A stretch of 64,000 nt of DNA from Candidatus Sericytochromatia bacterium. Lineage in GTDB: Bacteria > Cyanobacteriota > Sericytochromatia > S15B-MN24 > UBA4093. The notes beneath the pieces were generated by a model. It saw nothing but the letters and a program-made list of their open reading frames with translations. It searched no databases and had not been told where the DNA came from. Numbering within the stretch: the first letter of the stretch is position 1; every line of letters starts with the position of its first letter. Below, piece by piece: positions 25,262-37,088 of the stretch. The stretch spans positions 1-64,000 of the forward strand of contig JAKFBU010000019.1 of NCBI GenBank assembly GCA_036676985.1, written 5' to 3'. A program made the translations under genes and the position numbers.

Positions 25262-27112
25262 GTGACCCGGAGCCTCCCGTTCCTGCCCCTCGGGGCCGGC
25301 CTCGCCGCCGGTCTGCTCTGCCTGGGAGCCGCCCTGGCCCCCGGCGCCTTCTCGAACCTCGAGCTGTCACTCCTCACCTGGCGCATGGAGCGCTTCGACG
25401 CCCATGCCCCGACCCCCGGGGTGGTCATCGTCGACGTGGACGAGCCCTCCATGGACGCGGTGGGCCAGTGGCCCTGGCCCCGTCGGGTGCACGCGCGGCT
25501 CATCGACCGGCTGCACGCCTGGGGAGCCCGCGCCATCGTCTTCGACATGGTGTTCGCGGACCCCTCGAACGAGGCGGACGATGCCGCACTGGAGGCGGCC
25601 GTGCGACGAGCCGGCAATGTCCTCCTGGCGGGCTATCCGAGCGGCGTTTCCACCATCCAGGGAGGCGCGACCCAGGACGGATGGGTCCTGCCCCTCGCGC
25701 GGTTGGGTGCCGCCCACGGCTCGGCCGGCATGCTGCTCGACTCCGACAAGCACGTGCGGCGCATGCCACCCCGGTTCTGGGGCGCAGAGGCGTCCTTGGC
25801 CTGGGCCACCCTCGATCGCATCGCCCCGGGCCGCGGAGCGGAGCTCGAGCGATCGCTCGGTCCCTCTGCCCTCCTGGCCATGGCGGGACCGCCGGGCACC
25901 TACCCGACAGTCTCCTACGCCTCGGTGCTGGAGGACGTGCTCGACCCGCGCGTGGACGAGGCCTTCCACCCCGGCAAGGGGGTCACGAGCCACCGCGAGC
26001 TCTTCTCGGGGGCGGTGGTCCTCGTAGGCAGCTCGGCCCCCATCCTGCACGACGTCTTCCCCACGCCCTTCGCGCACGGGGAGCGCCTCATGCCGGGCGT
26101 CGAGCTGCATGCCAACGCCCTCGGCACCCTCCTCGCCGGCCGGGCCCGCCGCGAAGCACCCCTGCCCCTCAACGTCGCCTTGACCTTGCTCTTGCCCATG
26201 GCCGGCGCCCTCGCCATGGGCCGCGGCAGCCTGCTCTCGGGCAGCCTCGGCAGCGCCGGTCTCGCGACCCTCTACCTGGGCGGCAACCTGCTCTCTTTCG
26301 CGGGCGGCTGGGCCCTGTGGCTCGCCCCGCCTCTGGTGGCCCAGGCCGTCTCGAGCGTCGCCGTGCTCGGAGCCAAGTTCGCCCGCACCGAGCGCGAGAA
26401 GCAGCGCATCCGCTCGACCTTCTCGCGCTACGTGGCCCCCGGCGTGGTGGAGGCCATCCTCAAGCACCCCGAGCGCTACGCCCTCTCGCGATCCGAACGG
26501 CGGCAGGTCACGATCCTCTTCGCCGACGTCCAGGGCTTCACGTCCCTCTCGGAGCAGCTGCCCGCCGAGCAGGTGGAGCGCCTCCTGAACGGCTACCTCT
26601 CGGGCATGACCCGGGCCATCTTCGCGGCCGCGGGCTCGGTGGACAAGTACATCGGCGACGGCATCATGGCCGTCTGGGGCAACCTCGGGGACCAGACGCC
26701 CGAGGAGGCCGCCCTCGGCGCGTGCCGGGCGGCCCTCGCCATGCAGCACGAGGCCGATCGGCAGTCGGCGGAGTGGGTCCAGGCGGGCCTGCCGCCCCTC
26801 ATCGTGCGCATCGGCCTCCACTCGGGTGAGGCCCTCGTCGGCAACTTCGGCTCCGAGCAGAAGCTGGACTTCACGGTGATCGGAGACGTGGTCAACACGG
26901 CCTCGCGCCTCGAGGCCCTCAACAAGCCCCTGGATACCCGCATCCTCCTCAGCGGAGCGACCTACGCCCTGGTACAGGCCCACGTGGAGGCCCACCCCAA
27001 GGGCGAGCAGGCCATCCGCGGCAAGTCCGAGTCCCTGGGCGTCCTGGAGCTCACCGGACTGAGGCACACCGTTCCCGCCGCCCTCGCCCCCAAGGAAAGG
27101 AACCTCCCATGA
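25262..27112 (+). CDS. CHASE2-domain class III adenylate/guanylate cyclase
   Basis: GQWPWPR (CHASE2), PGVELHA, TM helices, FADVQGFT, DKYIGD, IGDVVNTASRLE. Confidence 0.93.
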   Translation: MTRSLPFLPLGAGLAAGLLCLGAALAPGAFSNLELSLLTWRMERFDAHAPTPGVVIVDVDEPSMDAVGQWPWPRRVHARLIDRLHAWGARAIVFDMVFADPSNEADDAALEAAVRRAGNVLLAGYPSGVSTIQGGATQDGWVLPLARLGAAHGSAGMLLDSDKHVRRMPPRFWGAEASLAWATLDRIAPGRGAELERSLGPSALLAMAGPPGTYPTVSYASVLEDVLDPRVDEAFHPGKGVTSHRELFSGAVVLVGSSAPILHDVFPTPFAHGERLMPGVELHANALGTLLAGRARREAPLPLNVALTLLLPMAGALAMGRGSLLSGSLGSAGLATLYLGGNLLSFAGGWALWLAPPLVAQAVSSVAVLGAKFARTEREKQRIRSTFSRYVAPGVVEAILKHPERYALSRSERRQVTILFADVQGFTSLSEQLPAEQVERLLNGYLSGMTRAIFAAAGSVDKYIGDGIMAVWGNLGDQTPEEAALGACRAALAMQHEADRQSAEWVQAGLPPLIVRIGLHSGEALVGNFGSEQKLDFTVIGDVVNTASRLEALNKPLDTRILLSGATYALVQAHVEAHPKGEQAIRGKSESLGVLELTGLRHTVPAALAPKERNLP

Positions 27113-27690
27113 CGGCTGCTGTTCGACTACTCGCCACCCTGGCCCTCGCCCTGTCCCTGACGGGCCCGGCGCACGCGCAGGCCGCCTCCGGAAAGCTGAT
27201 GCGGGCCACCGGACCCGTGACCGTAAACGGCCAGCCCGTGAAGGCGGGGGCGGTCCTGAAGGCGGGCGATCGCCTCGTCACCGGACCCCAGTCGCGGGCG
27301 GACGTGACGCTTTCGGACGGCTCGGCCATCCTCGTCTACGAGGGCAGTACCCTCACGCTCTCGAAGCTGGGCCGGCAGATCCGGCTGAACCTCGCCAAGG
27401 GCAGCGCCCTCAACGCCGTCCACAAGGGCAGCGACTACCGGATGACGAGCCCGTCGGCCATTGCGGCCGTGCGGGGGACGGTCTTCTACCTGAAGAGCGA
27501 CAGCAAGCAGAGCAACATCTGCGTGTGCGAGGGCAGCGTCGCGGTGGGCGACCCCACCACCAAGCTGAGCGAGACCTTCACCACCAAGCACCATGAAGCC
27601 TTCGACGTGGGCGGGGGCTCGATCCTGCCCGGGGCCATGGTGGGCCACACGGACCAGGAGGCGGCCGCGCTGCTGAAGCTGCGGCGATAG
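27109..27690 (+). CDS. secreted FecR-domain protein
   Basis: signal peptide, GDRLVTGPQSRADVTLSDGS, AAVRGT; ATGA overlap with the cyclase. Confidence 0.85.
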   Translation: MTAAVRLLATLALALSLTGPAHAQAASGKLMRATGPVTVNGQPVKAGAVLKAGDRLVTGPQSRADVTLSDGSAILVYEGSTLTLSKLGRQIRLNLAKGSALNAVHKGSDYRMTSPSAIAAVRGTVFYLKSDSKQSNICVCEGSVAVGDPTTKLSETFTTKHHEAFDVGGGSILPGAMVGHTDQEAAALLKLRR

Positions 27691-27867
27691 AGTCGCGCTC
27701 GAAACCGCCACGGCGCGAAGCGGGAACTGACCGCTTCGCCCTGCGGCGGCTGGGGGATAAGGCCAGAAACGCCAAAATCTGTCAGCCTTCCGTTCGGCTC
27801 GGCAGGTGCTAGACTTCATGTCCCAACGATCGTCTTGCATCACCATGCCGCCTGGAGACTGCAGCTG

Positions 27868-28536
27868 ATGAGCCTCTTGAAGACGCTGGCCGACAATGAG
27901 CGGCCGTCCTCCCTGGCCTCTCGACTTCGTCGGCGTCGCCTGGCCCTGTTCCTGGATCTCGTGGCCCCCTTGGCCCGCCCCCTCCGGATCCTCGACGTGG
28001 GAGGCTCGGAGCATTACTGGACCGATATCGGCTTTCAAGGCGAGCCCCAGCTCGAGATCCACCTAGTGAACCTCGAGGCCCCGATCGTCACGCAGCCCGG
28101 CTTCACGGGCCTGGCGGGGGACGCCCGGGACCTCCGTCAGTTCCGGGACCGAGCGTTCGACGTCGTGTACTCCAACTCGGTCATCGAGCACGTGGGCTCC
28201 TTTGACGACCAGCGCCGCATGGCCCGGGAGATCATGCGGGTAGGCACGCGCTACTTCGTCCAGACGCCCAACCGCTACTTCCCCATCGAGCCCCACTTCT
28301 TGTTTCCCGGCTTCCAGTTCCTGCCGACGGCCGTGCAGGCCCGTTTGCACTACACGTTCAAGCTGGGCTGGAACGCCTCGGTCGCCACCTCCCTCGCCGA
28401 GGCCCACGCCAGCGTGAGCGAGACCCGACTGTTGACGGAGCGTCAAGTCTGCTCCCTCTTTCCAGGCGCGACCCTGTATCGGGAGAAGGTCTTCGGCCTG
28501 TGCAAGTCCTTCGTGGCCTACGGTGGCTGGACTTGA
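27868..28536 (+). CDS. class I SAM-dependent methyltransferase
   Basis: ILDVGG, FDVVYSNSVIEHV, QTPNRYFPIEPH. Confidence 0.85.
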   Translation: MSLLKTLADNERPSSLASRLRRRRLALFLDLVAPLARPLRILDVGGSEHYWTDIGFQGEPQLEIHLVNLEAPIVTQPGFTGLAGDARDLRQFRDRAFDVVYSNSVIEHVGSFDDQRRMAREIMRVGTRYFVQTPNRYFPIEPHFLFPGFQFLPTAVQARLHYTFKLGWNASVATSLAEAHASVSETRLLTERQVCSLFPGATLYREKVFGLCKSFVAYGGWT

Positions 28537-28570
28537 GACCGGCTCGCAGGCCGGCAAGAGCGCAGAAAAG

Positions 28571-28605
28571 GCGAGCGCCCGGGGAATCCCCGGGCGCTCG
28601 CCCTT
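28571..28605. terminator. bidirectional terminator
   Basis: ggcgagcgcccgggg-aat-ccccgggcgctcgcc. Confidence 0.75.
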
Positions 28606-28617
28606 CTGGTGACGATG

Positions 28618-30597
28618 CTACTTGGCGACGGGCTCGGCGGCTACCGGGGGCAGCGCCTTGGTCTCGACCTCCGTCACGAGGCGGGCGATGACGTCGTCCA
28701 CCGAGAGGACCTCCTGGCGGCCGGTGCGCTGACGCACGGCCAGGGTGCCCTGCTCGACTTCCTTCTTACCCACCACGAGCATGTAGGGGACCTTCTGGAC
28801 CTGGGCCTCGCGGATGCGGTAGTTGAGACTCTCGTTCCGGCTGTCCAGCTCGACCCGCAGGCCCTTCTCACGCAGGCGATCCACCACCTCGCGGCAGTAG
28901 GGGTCGTTCTCCTCGTTGATGGGGATCACGACCGCCTGCACCGGCGCGAGCCAGAGCGGGAAGTGGCCCGCGTAGTGCTCGATGATGAGCGCCATGAACC
29001 GCTCGAAGGTGCCCAGGATGGCGCGGTGCACCATGATGGGGCGGTGCTCCTGGCCGTCCGAGCCGCGGTACGTCAGGTCGAAGCGCTCGGGCAGGTTGGG
29101 GTCGCACTGGACCGTGGGCCCCTGCCACTCGCGCCCGATGGCGTCGTAGAACTTGAAGTCGATCTTGGGGCCGTAGAAGGCACCGCCGCCCTCGTCGATG
29201 TCGTAGGGCATTTGCTTGCGCTCGAGGGCCGTCCGGAGCGCGCCCGTCGCGGCGTCCCAGAACTCGTCCGAGCCGATGGCCTTCTCGGGCTTGGTCGACA
29301 GGTAGACCTTGGCCTCCAGGCCGAAGATCCGCATGGCGTCCTGGATGAACTCCACGCAGCCCGTGATCTCGTCCGGCAGCTGCTCGAGCGTGCAGAAGAT
29401 GTGGGCGTCGTCCATGGTCAGGCCGCGCACGCGGGCCAGCCCGTGCAGGGTGCCCGAGCGCTCGTAGCGGTAGACGTTCGCGATCTCCTGCAGGCGCAGG
29501 GGCAGGTCGCGGTAGCTATGCGGCTTGGACTTGTAGATCATCGAGTGGCCGGGGCAGTTCATCGGCTTGAGGCGGTAGTTGGCGCCCTCGATGTCCATGG
29601 CCGGGAACATGTTCTCGGCATAGTTGCCCAGGTGGCCCGAGACCTCGAAGAGCGTCTCCTTGACCACGTGCGGGGTGTAGACCTGCTCGTAGCCGCGCTT
29701 CTTGAGCTCGGCGCGCAGCCAGTCCTCGATGACCGAGCGGATGAGCGCACCCTTGGGCAGCCAGAAAATGAGGCCGGGGCCCGTCACCTCGGGGATGGTG
29801 AAGAGCTCGAGCTCCTTGCCCAGCTTGCGGTGGTCGCGCTTGGCGGCCTCCTCGAGGCGCGTCAGGTGCGCCTTGAGGTCGGCTTCCGAGTAGTAGGCCG
29901 TGCCGTAGATGCGGGTGAGCATCTTGTTCTTCTCGTTGCCGCGCCAGTAGGCGCCCGCCGTGTTGAGGAGCTTGAAGTTCTTGATGACGCCCGTGGTCGG
30001 CACGTGCGGGCCGACGCAGAGGTCCGACCAATCGCCCTGGTGGTAGATGGAGATGGTGGCCATGGGATCGGCCGCGAGGATGTCGCGCAGGATCTCGGCC
30101 TTGTAGGGCTCACCCTGCTGCTCGAACTCGGCCATCTTGGCCTGGGACTGATCGGGCGGGACCACCTCGCGCGAGACCTTGATGTCGGCCTGCGAGAGCT
30201 TGCGCATCTCCGCCTCGATCTTCTCGAGGTCCTCGGGGGTGAAGGCCCGCTCGTAGTCGAAGTCGTAGAAGAACCCCTCCGCGGTGACGGGGCCGATGGT
30301 CACCTTGGCGCCCGGGAAGAGGCGCTGGACGGCGTTGGCCATCAGGTGCGCCGTCGAGTGGCGCAGGATCTCGAGGGCCTCGGGGTCGTCCTGGGTGACG
30401 ATCTCGAACTTGGCATCCTCGGTCAGGGGGCGGAAAAGGTCGACGGTCTTGCCGTCGAGGCGAGCGGCGATCGCCTTCTTGGCGAGGCTGCGGCTGATCT
30501 GGGCGGCGACGTCGGCTGCCGTCGTGCCCGTGGGGACCTCACGCTTGGACCCATCGGGCATCTCAAGGGCAATCGTGGCGGCGGATTCTACGGCCAT
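28618..30597 (-). CDS. thrS: threonine--tRNA ligase
   Basis: TGS domain, RHSTAH, DHRKLG, KPMNCPGH, GAFYGPKID, HRAILG. Confidence 0.98.
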   Translation of the reverse strand: MAVESAATIALEMPDGSKREVPTGTTAADVAAQISRSLAKKAIAARLDGKTVDLFRPLTEDAKFEIVTQDDPEALEILRHSTAHLMANAVQRLFPGAKVTIGPVTAEGFFYDFDYERAFTPEDLEKIEAEMRKLSQADIKVSREVVPPDQSQAKMAEFEQQGEPYKAEILRDILAADPMATISIYHQGDWSDLCVGPHVPTTGVIKNFKLLNTAGAYWRGNEKNKMLTRIYGTAYYSEADLKAHLTRLEEAAKRDHRKLGKELELFTIPEVTGPGLIFWLPKGALIRSVIEDWLRAELKKRGYEQVYTPHVVKETLFEVSGHLGNYAENMFPAMDIEGANYRLKPMNCPGHSMIYKSKPHSYRDLPLRLQEIANVYRYERSGTLHGLARVRGLTMDDAHIFCTLEQLPDEITGCVEFIQDAMRIFGLEAKVYLSTKPEKAIGSDEFWDAATGALRTALERKQMPYDIDEGGGAFYGPKIDFKFYDAIGREWQGPTVQCDPNLPERFDLTYRGSDGQEHRPIMVHRAILGTFERFMALIIEHYAGHFPLWLAPVQAVVIPINEENDPYCREVVDRLREKGLRVELDSRNESLNYRIREAQVQKVPYMLVVGKKEVEQGTLAVRQRTGRQEVLSVDDVIARLVTEVETKALPPVAAEPVAK

Positions 30598-30616
30598 GGT
30601 TCCTCCTCATGGGGTG

Positions 30617-30680
30617 GCGTCCGGCCGCCCTACGCACGGCGGCCGCTGACGCGGCGGAGCCCCGAACGGGGCTCCACCGC
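30617..30680 (-). promoter_or_regulatory. putative thrS translational operator (anticodon-arm mimic)
   Basis: GCGTC-ag-CGGCCGCC-GTGCGTAG-GGCGGCCG-GACGC just 5' of the GAGGAGG RBS; second hairpin upstream. Confidence 0.5.
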
Positions 30681-30843
30681 CATCTTACCATCCGCGCCGG
30701 GGCCCCGCCGCTGGACGGTCGTTCACAAGCTTTCACGAACGGACTTTACGAGCCGAGCCGGCATCGGGTATGATCCATGACAACAACGGCAAGATGTCGT
30801 CAATTGAGCAAGTGCCTTTCGAGTCGAACGAGGACCGCAGCCG

Positions 30844-31020
30844 ATGCCCGTCGCCCCGTCCCAACTCTGCCCCAAGTGTGGCCGCCACACGCTCAACACC
30901 ACCAAGACCATCAAGTTCGTCATCCCGGATGGCGAGACCAGCCTGCGCATGGTCCTCGAGTGCAGCCACTGCAAGCGAGCCGTGATCCAGGAGGCCGATA
31001 GCGACGCGCCCACCGCCTGA
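30844..31020 (+). CDS. small zinc-ribbon protein (58 aa, CPKC...CSHC)
   Basis: GAGGA RBS; MPVAPSQLCPKCGRHTLNTTKTIKFVIPDGETSLRMVLECSHCKRAVIQEADSDAPTA; not in the ORF track. Confidence 0.75.
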   Translation: MPVAPSQLCPKCGRHTLNTTKTIKFVIPDGETSLRMVLECSHCKRAVIQEADSDAPTA

Positions 31021-31134
31021 GTCTTCCGCGATCCCGCCGAGGGACAAAACGACGCGCTTGGTTTAGGATGAGAGTCCGACGGACCGCCTGAGGGCGCCGT
31101 CGGATGACCCCTTCCACCGATCCGAGCAACGCCC

Positions 31135-31998
31135 TTGGCCGATCCGCACCTCTACCTGCCCCTGCTCTTCGCCATTGCCGTGTTCGCCGGCACCCTCGGC
31201 TCCCTGTTGGGGATCGGGGGCGGCATCATCCTCGTCCCCTTCCTGACCAGCCTGCTCCACGTGGACATGCACCTGGCCATCGGGGCGAGCATCGTCACGG
31301 TCATCGCCACCTCGAGCGGCTCGGCCGCCAACTTCCTGCGGCTGCGCCTCACCAACGTGCGGGCGGGCTCCTTCCTCGAGCTGGGCACCACCGTCGGCGG
31401 CATCCTGGGGGCGCTGGTCGCGAGCTACGCCCCCGTCCCCTTCCTGAGCCTGCTCTTCGGCCTGGTGCTCGCCTTCTCCGCCTACCAGATGATCGGCAAG
31501 ATCAACTTGCAGCACGAGGTGCTCGCCGTCTCGTCGCCCCTGGCCGAGCGGCTGCGCCTCGGCGGCACCTACTACGACTACCATGCCGGGCAGCAGGTCC
31601 CCTACGGCGTGACGGGCGTCTTGCCGGGACTCGGCGTCATGATGCTCGCAGGTGGGCTCTCGGGCATGCTCGGCATCGGCGGCGGCGCCTTCAAGGTCCT
31701 GGCCATGGACCTCATGATGAAGATGCCCCTCAAGGTCTCGACCACCACCTCGAACCTCATGATGGGGGCCACGGCGGCCGCCTCGGCGGGCATCTACTAC
31801 TTCCGCGGCGACATCAACCCCTACCTGGCGGGCCCGGTCGCGGTGGGCGTGCTGCTCGGCTCCCGGATCGGCAGCCGGCTCCTGCCGCGCGTGCAGAACG
31901 CACGGCTGCGCCAGCTCTTCATCCTGATCCTCGTGCTGCTGTCGGCCCAGATGCTCTGGAAGAGCCTCGCGGGCTTCCTGGGAGGCCTCCATGGCTGA
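31135..31998 (+). CDS. sulfite exporter TauE/SafE family membrane protein
   Basis: GSLLGIGGG and GMLGIGGGAFKV repeats; multiple TM helices. Confidence 0.9.
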   Translation: MADPHLYLPLLFAIAVFAGTLGSLLGIGGGIILVPFLTSLLHVDMHLAIGASIVTVIATSSGSAANFLRLRLTNVRAGSFLELGTTVGGILGALVASYAPVPFLSLLFGLVLAFSAYQMIGKINLQHEVLAVSSPLAERLRLGGTYYDYHAGQQVPYGVTGVLPGLGVMMLAGGLSGMLGIGGGAFKVLAMDLMMKMPLKVSTTTSNLMMGATAAASAGIYYFRGDINPYLAGPVAVGVLLGSRIGSRLLPRVQNARLRQLFILILVLLSAQMLWKSLAGFLGGLHG

Positions 31999-32374
31999 GC
32001 CGGACAACACGCTCGAGCTGACGCTCGCCAAGGTCCTGTCCTTGGGAGTGCTCGTGAGCGGAGGGCTCCTGATCCTCGGCCTGGCGGGCATGCTCGTGAC
32101 AGGGCAGACGGGCTATCCGGCCGCCGTCACGGACTTCAGCCGCGTGCGCCCCGAGGCCTTCCCCCACACGCCGGGCGCCATCCTCGCCGGACTGCGGGAG
32201 GGACGCCCGCTCGCCCTGGTCTCGCTCGGCCTCCTGGTCCTCATCCTCACGCCCATGTTGCGGGTGGCCTCGGCGGTCGTCCTCTACTTCCGGGAGCGCG
32301 ACTGGCTCTACACCGGCATCGCCGGCGGGGTGCTGCTGATGCTCATGCTGGGCATGGCGCTCGGGGCCCGCTAA
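31991..32374 (+). CDS. DUF1634 family membrane protein
   Basis: GLLVLILTPMLRV motif; usual partner of TauE. Confidence 0.85.
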   Translation: MAEPDNTLELTLAKVLSLGVLVSGGLLILGLAGMLVTGQTGYPAAVTDFSRVRPEAFPHTPGAILAGLREGRPLALVSLGLLVLILTPMLRVASAVVLYFRERDWLYTGIAGGVLLMLMLGMALGAR

Positions 32375-32416
32375 AAAGACCCCGGGGCGACGCCCCGGGG
32401 TCTCTCGTTTCAACGC

Positions 32417-33613
32417 TTACTGGTAGCGGATGCCCGACTTCTCCAGGCGCTCGAAGACCTCCTTGAGGACCTCGACCGGCTTGACCAGGGAGATGCGGAA
32501 GTAGCCCTCGCCCAGGGGGCCGAAGCCCGTGCCGGGGGTGAAGACGACGCCCGCGGTGTCGATGACCCGCGCGACGAAGTCGAAGGCCTTCTCGCCGCGG
32601 GGCACCGGCGCCCACACGTACATGGCCGCCTTGGGCTTCTCGACGTTCCAGCCGAGCTTGTTGAGCCCCTCGACCACCACGTCGCGGCGCTCGCGGTAGA
32701 CCTCGATCATCTGCTCGACGTGGCTGTGGGGCAGGTTGAGGGCCGCGATCGCCGCGTCCTGCACGAAGTTGGGCACGCCGTAGTCCATGTTGGTCTTGAC
32801 CCGGTACAGGGCGTGGATCATCTGGGCCGAGCCCACCACGAAGCCGCAGCGCCAGCCGGCCATGTTATAGGTCTTGCTCATGGTGAAGAACTCGAGGGCG
32901 CCGTGCTCCTTGGCGCCGGGAATCTCGAGCATGCTCGTCGGCTTGAAGCCGTCGAAGGCGATGTCCGCGTAGGCCAGGTCGTGCACCAGCATGATCTGGT
33001 GCTCCTTGGCGAACTCCAGCGTCTCCTCGTAGAACGAGCGGGGCGCCACCGCGGAGGTCGGGTTGGAGGGGAAGTTGAAGATGAGGAGCTTGGCCGCATC
33101 CGCGTCCTCGGGGCGCACCGTGCTCCAGTCGGGCAGGAAGCCCGTGTGCGGGAGGCAGGGCACCTCGACGACCTCGCCGCCCGCGAGCACCGTGCCGCGG
33201 GTGTGCACGGGGTAGGAGGGCTGCGGGACGATCGTCTTGTCACCGGGGTTGATGAAGGCCAAAGGCAGCTTCGCGAGCCCTTCCTTCGAGCCGATGAGGG
33301 GCAGGACCTCGGTCTCGGGGTCGAGCGTCACGCCGAAGCGGCGCTGGTACCAGGCGGCGATCGCCTCCCGGAAGGCCTTCTTGCCCTTGAAGGTGGGGTA
33401 GCCGTGGTTGGCGGGGTTCTGGACCGCCGCGATGGCGGCGTCGACCACGGGCTGCGGGGTGGGCAGGTCCGGCGAGCCGATGCCCAGGTCGATGACCTGC
33501 AGGCCCTTCTTCTCGGCGGCGGCGCGCAGCACCTCGAGCTGGGCGGTCGCGTAGGGGGGAATCTTCTGCAGGCGCTCGGACTCCTGGAACATCGCCTTGG
33601 GGGAAGAGATCAT
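32417..33613 (-). CDS. class I/II aminotransferase (LL-diaminopimelate aminotransferase/AlaC-like)
   Basis: IDLGIGSPD, IGSKEG, NFPSNPT, HDLAY, SKTYNMAGWRCG. Confidence 0.88.
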   Translation of the reverse strand: MISSPKAMFQESERLQKIPPYATAQLEVLRAAAEKKGLQVIDLGIGSPDLPTPQPVVDAAIAAVQNPANHGYPTFKGKKAFREAIAAWYQRRFGVTLDPETEVLPLIGSKEGLAKLPLAFINPGDKTIVPQPSYPVHTRGTVLAGGEVVEVPCLPHTGFLPDWSTVRPEDADAAKLLIFNFPSNPTSAVAPRSFYEETLEFAKEHQIMLVHDLAYADIAFDGFKPTSMLEIPGAKEHGALEFFTMSKTYNMAGWRCGFVVGSAQMIHALYRVKTNMDYGVPNFVQDAAIAALNLPHSHVEQMIEVYRERRDVVVEGLNKLGWNVEKPKAAMYVWAPVPRGEKAFDFVARVIDTAGVVFTPGTGFGPLGEGYFRISLVKPVEVLKEVFERLEKSGIRYQ

Positions 33614-33631
33614 CGACAAGGCCTCCTGTGG

Positions 33632-34783
33632 CTACACGGCTAGGGGTGTGGGGGCGTGGGCACGACCCAGGGCGTCGGCCCGGCGGATGGCCTCGGCCAC
33701 CTCCGGTGCCCTGACGCCTCCGGGCAAGAGGTGGGCGCTCGAGCTGGGACGCACCGTCGCCAGGGCGATCCGCTCGATGGCATGGGCGTCGTCGGCGACC
33801 CCCTGGCCCCGGAGGGTCATGGGCACGCCGAGCGCGCTGAAGAACCGGACGAGCTCGGTGAGCTGGGCATCGGTGAAGCCCTGCAGCAAGCGCTGGACGA
33901 CGATGCCGAAGGCCACCTTCTCGCCGTGCCAGGCCAGGCCGTGGCCGGGCTCGGTGGTGAGGGCGTTGCAGACGGCATGCGCCACCACCGAGCGGCAGCG
34001 GGCGCCGCCGAGACCGCCGACGGTGCCGGCGAGCTGGACGTTGGCGTCGATGGCCTGCGCGAGCTCCGGGCCTACCTGGCCGCGCATGGCCTCTTCGTAG
34101 GCGGTCTCGCCCACCAGGCGCAGGCGCTCGTAGATGAAGCGCGCCATCTCGAGGGCCGCGAGCGTCATGGCGTCCGCATGATCGGCATCGACCGAGGCCG
34201 AGCTCTCGACCCACTTGGCCATGCTGTCGGCGATGCCCGCGGCCAACAGGCGCGCCGGCGCGGTGGCCACCAGGGCATGGTCGACCACCACGGCGTTCGG
34301 GTTGGTCGGCAGGGGCACGCCGTAGAGCCAGGTGCCCGAAGGCGAGTAGACGTTGGTGAGGGCGGTCCAGGCGGCACAGGTGGCCGCACTGGTCGGCACG
34401 GTGACGACCGCGACGCCGAGGCGGTGGGCCGCGAGCTTGGCGGCGTCGAGGGCCTTGCCGCCGCCCACGCCGACCACGACGTCGCGGCGGGTGGTGCGGC
34501 CGATGGCCACGAGCCGGTCGAGCTCGGGCTCGCAGCAGTCCTGGCCGTAGGTCGTCACCTCGACGTGGACGCCGGCCGCAGCCAGGCTCGCCTCGAGGGC
34601 GGTCTGGGCGGCGGGATAGCTCCGGGATCCCCCGATGACCAGGGCGCGGCGCCCGAACTGGGCGGCGATCGCGCCCACCTGGGCGACGGCGCCGGTGCCG
34701 GTGACGACCGTGGCGGGCGACACGAGCAACGAGCGGGTCGGATCTCCGCTCGCCAGGAAGTCCTCCTTGGCGACTGGGGTCAT
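33632..34783 (-). CDS. glycerol dehydrogenase-like iron/zinc-containing alcohol dehydrogenase
   Basis: GVGGGKALDAAK, PTSAATCA, AHAVCN, HGEKVAFG. Confidence 0.88.
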   Translation of the reverse strand: MTPVAKEDFLASGDPTRSLLVSPATVVTGTGAVAQVGAIAAQFGRRALVIGGSRSYPAAQTALEASLAAAGVHVEVTTYGQDCCEPELDRLVAIGRTTRRDVVVGVGGGKALDAAKLAAHRLGVAVVTVPTSAATCAAWTALTNVYSPSGTWLYGVPLPTNPNAVVVDHALVATAPARLLAAGIADSMAKWVESSASVDADHADAMTLAALEMARFIYERLRLVGETAYEEAMRGQVGPELAQAIDANVQLAGTVGGLGGARCRSVVAHAVCNALTTEPGHGLAWHGEKVAFGIVVQRLLQGFTDAQLTELVRFFSALGVPMTLRGQGVADDAHAIERIALATVRPSSSAHLLPGGVRAPEVAEAIRRADALGRAHAPTPLAV

Positions 34784-34997
34784 GGGTCCATCTCTCCCTT
34801 CTTGGCTGCCCACATTGTAGCACGTTGGGCGGCTTTGAACCCTCCAAGCCTAGCTCGGCAGCCGTCGCCCCCCAAAGGCGACCTTTGCCCCGGCTCCGAC
34901 GGCCGAAACCGTAACGCCGCGCAGCTTCGCGCCAGATCCGACCGCATGGTATAATGGGAAACGATCCCGAGACCATTATCAATGAATGGGACCGTGA

Positions 34998-37025
<2,028 letters not shown>

Positions 37026-37088
37026 AAGCCTCAAGCGACGCGCCCCCCGGAAGCTTCCGGGGGGCGCGTCGCGTTGGGGCATGAAACC

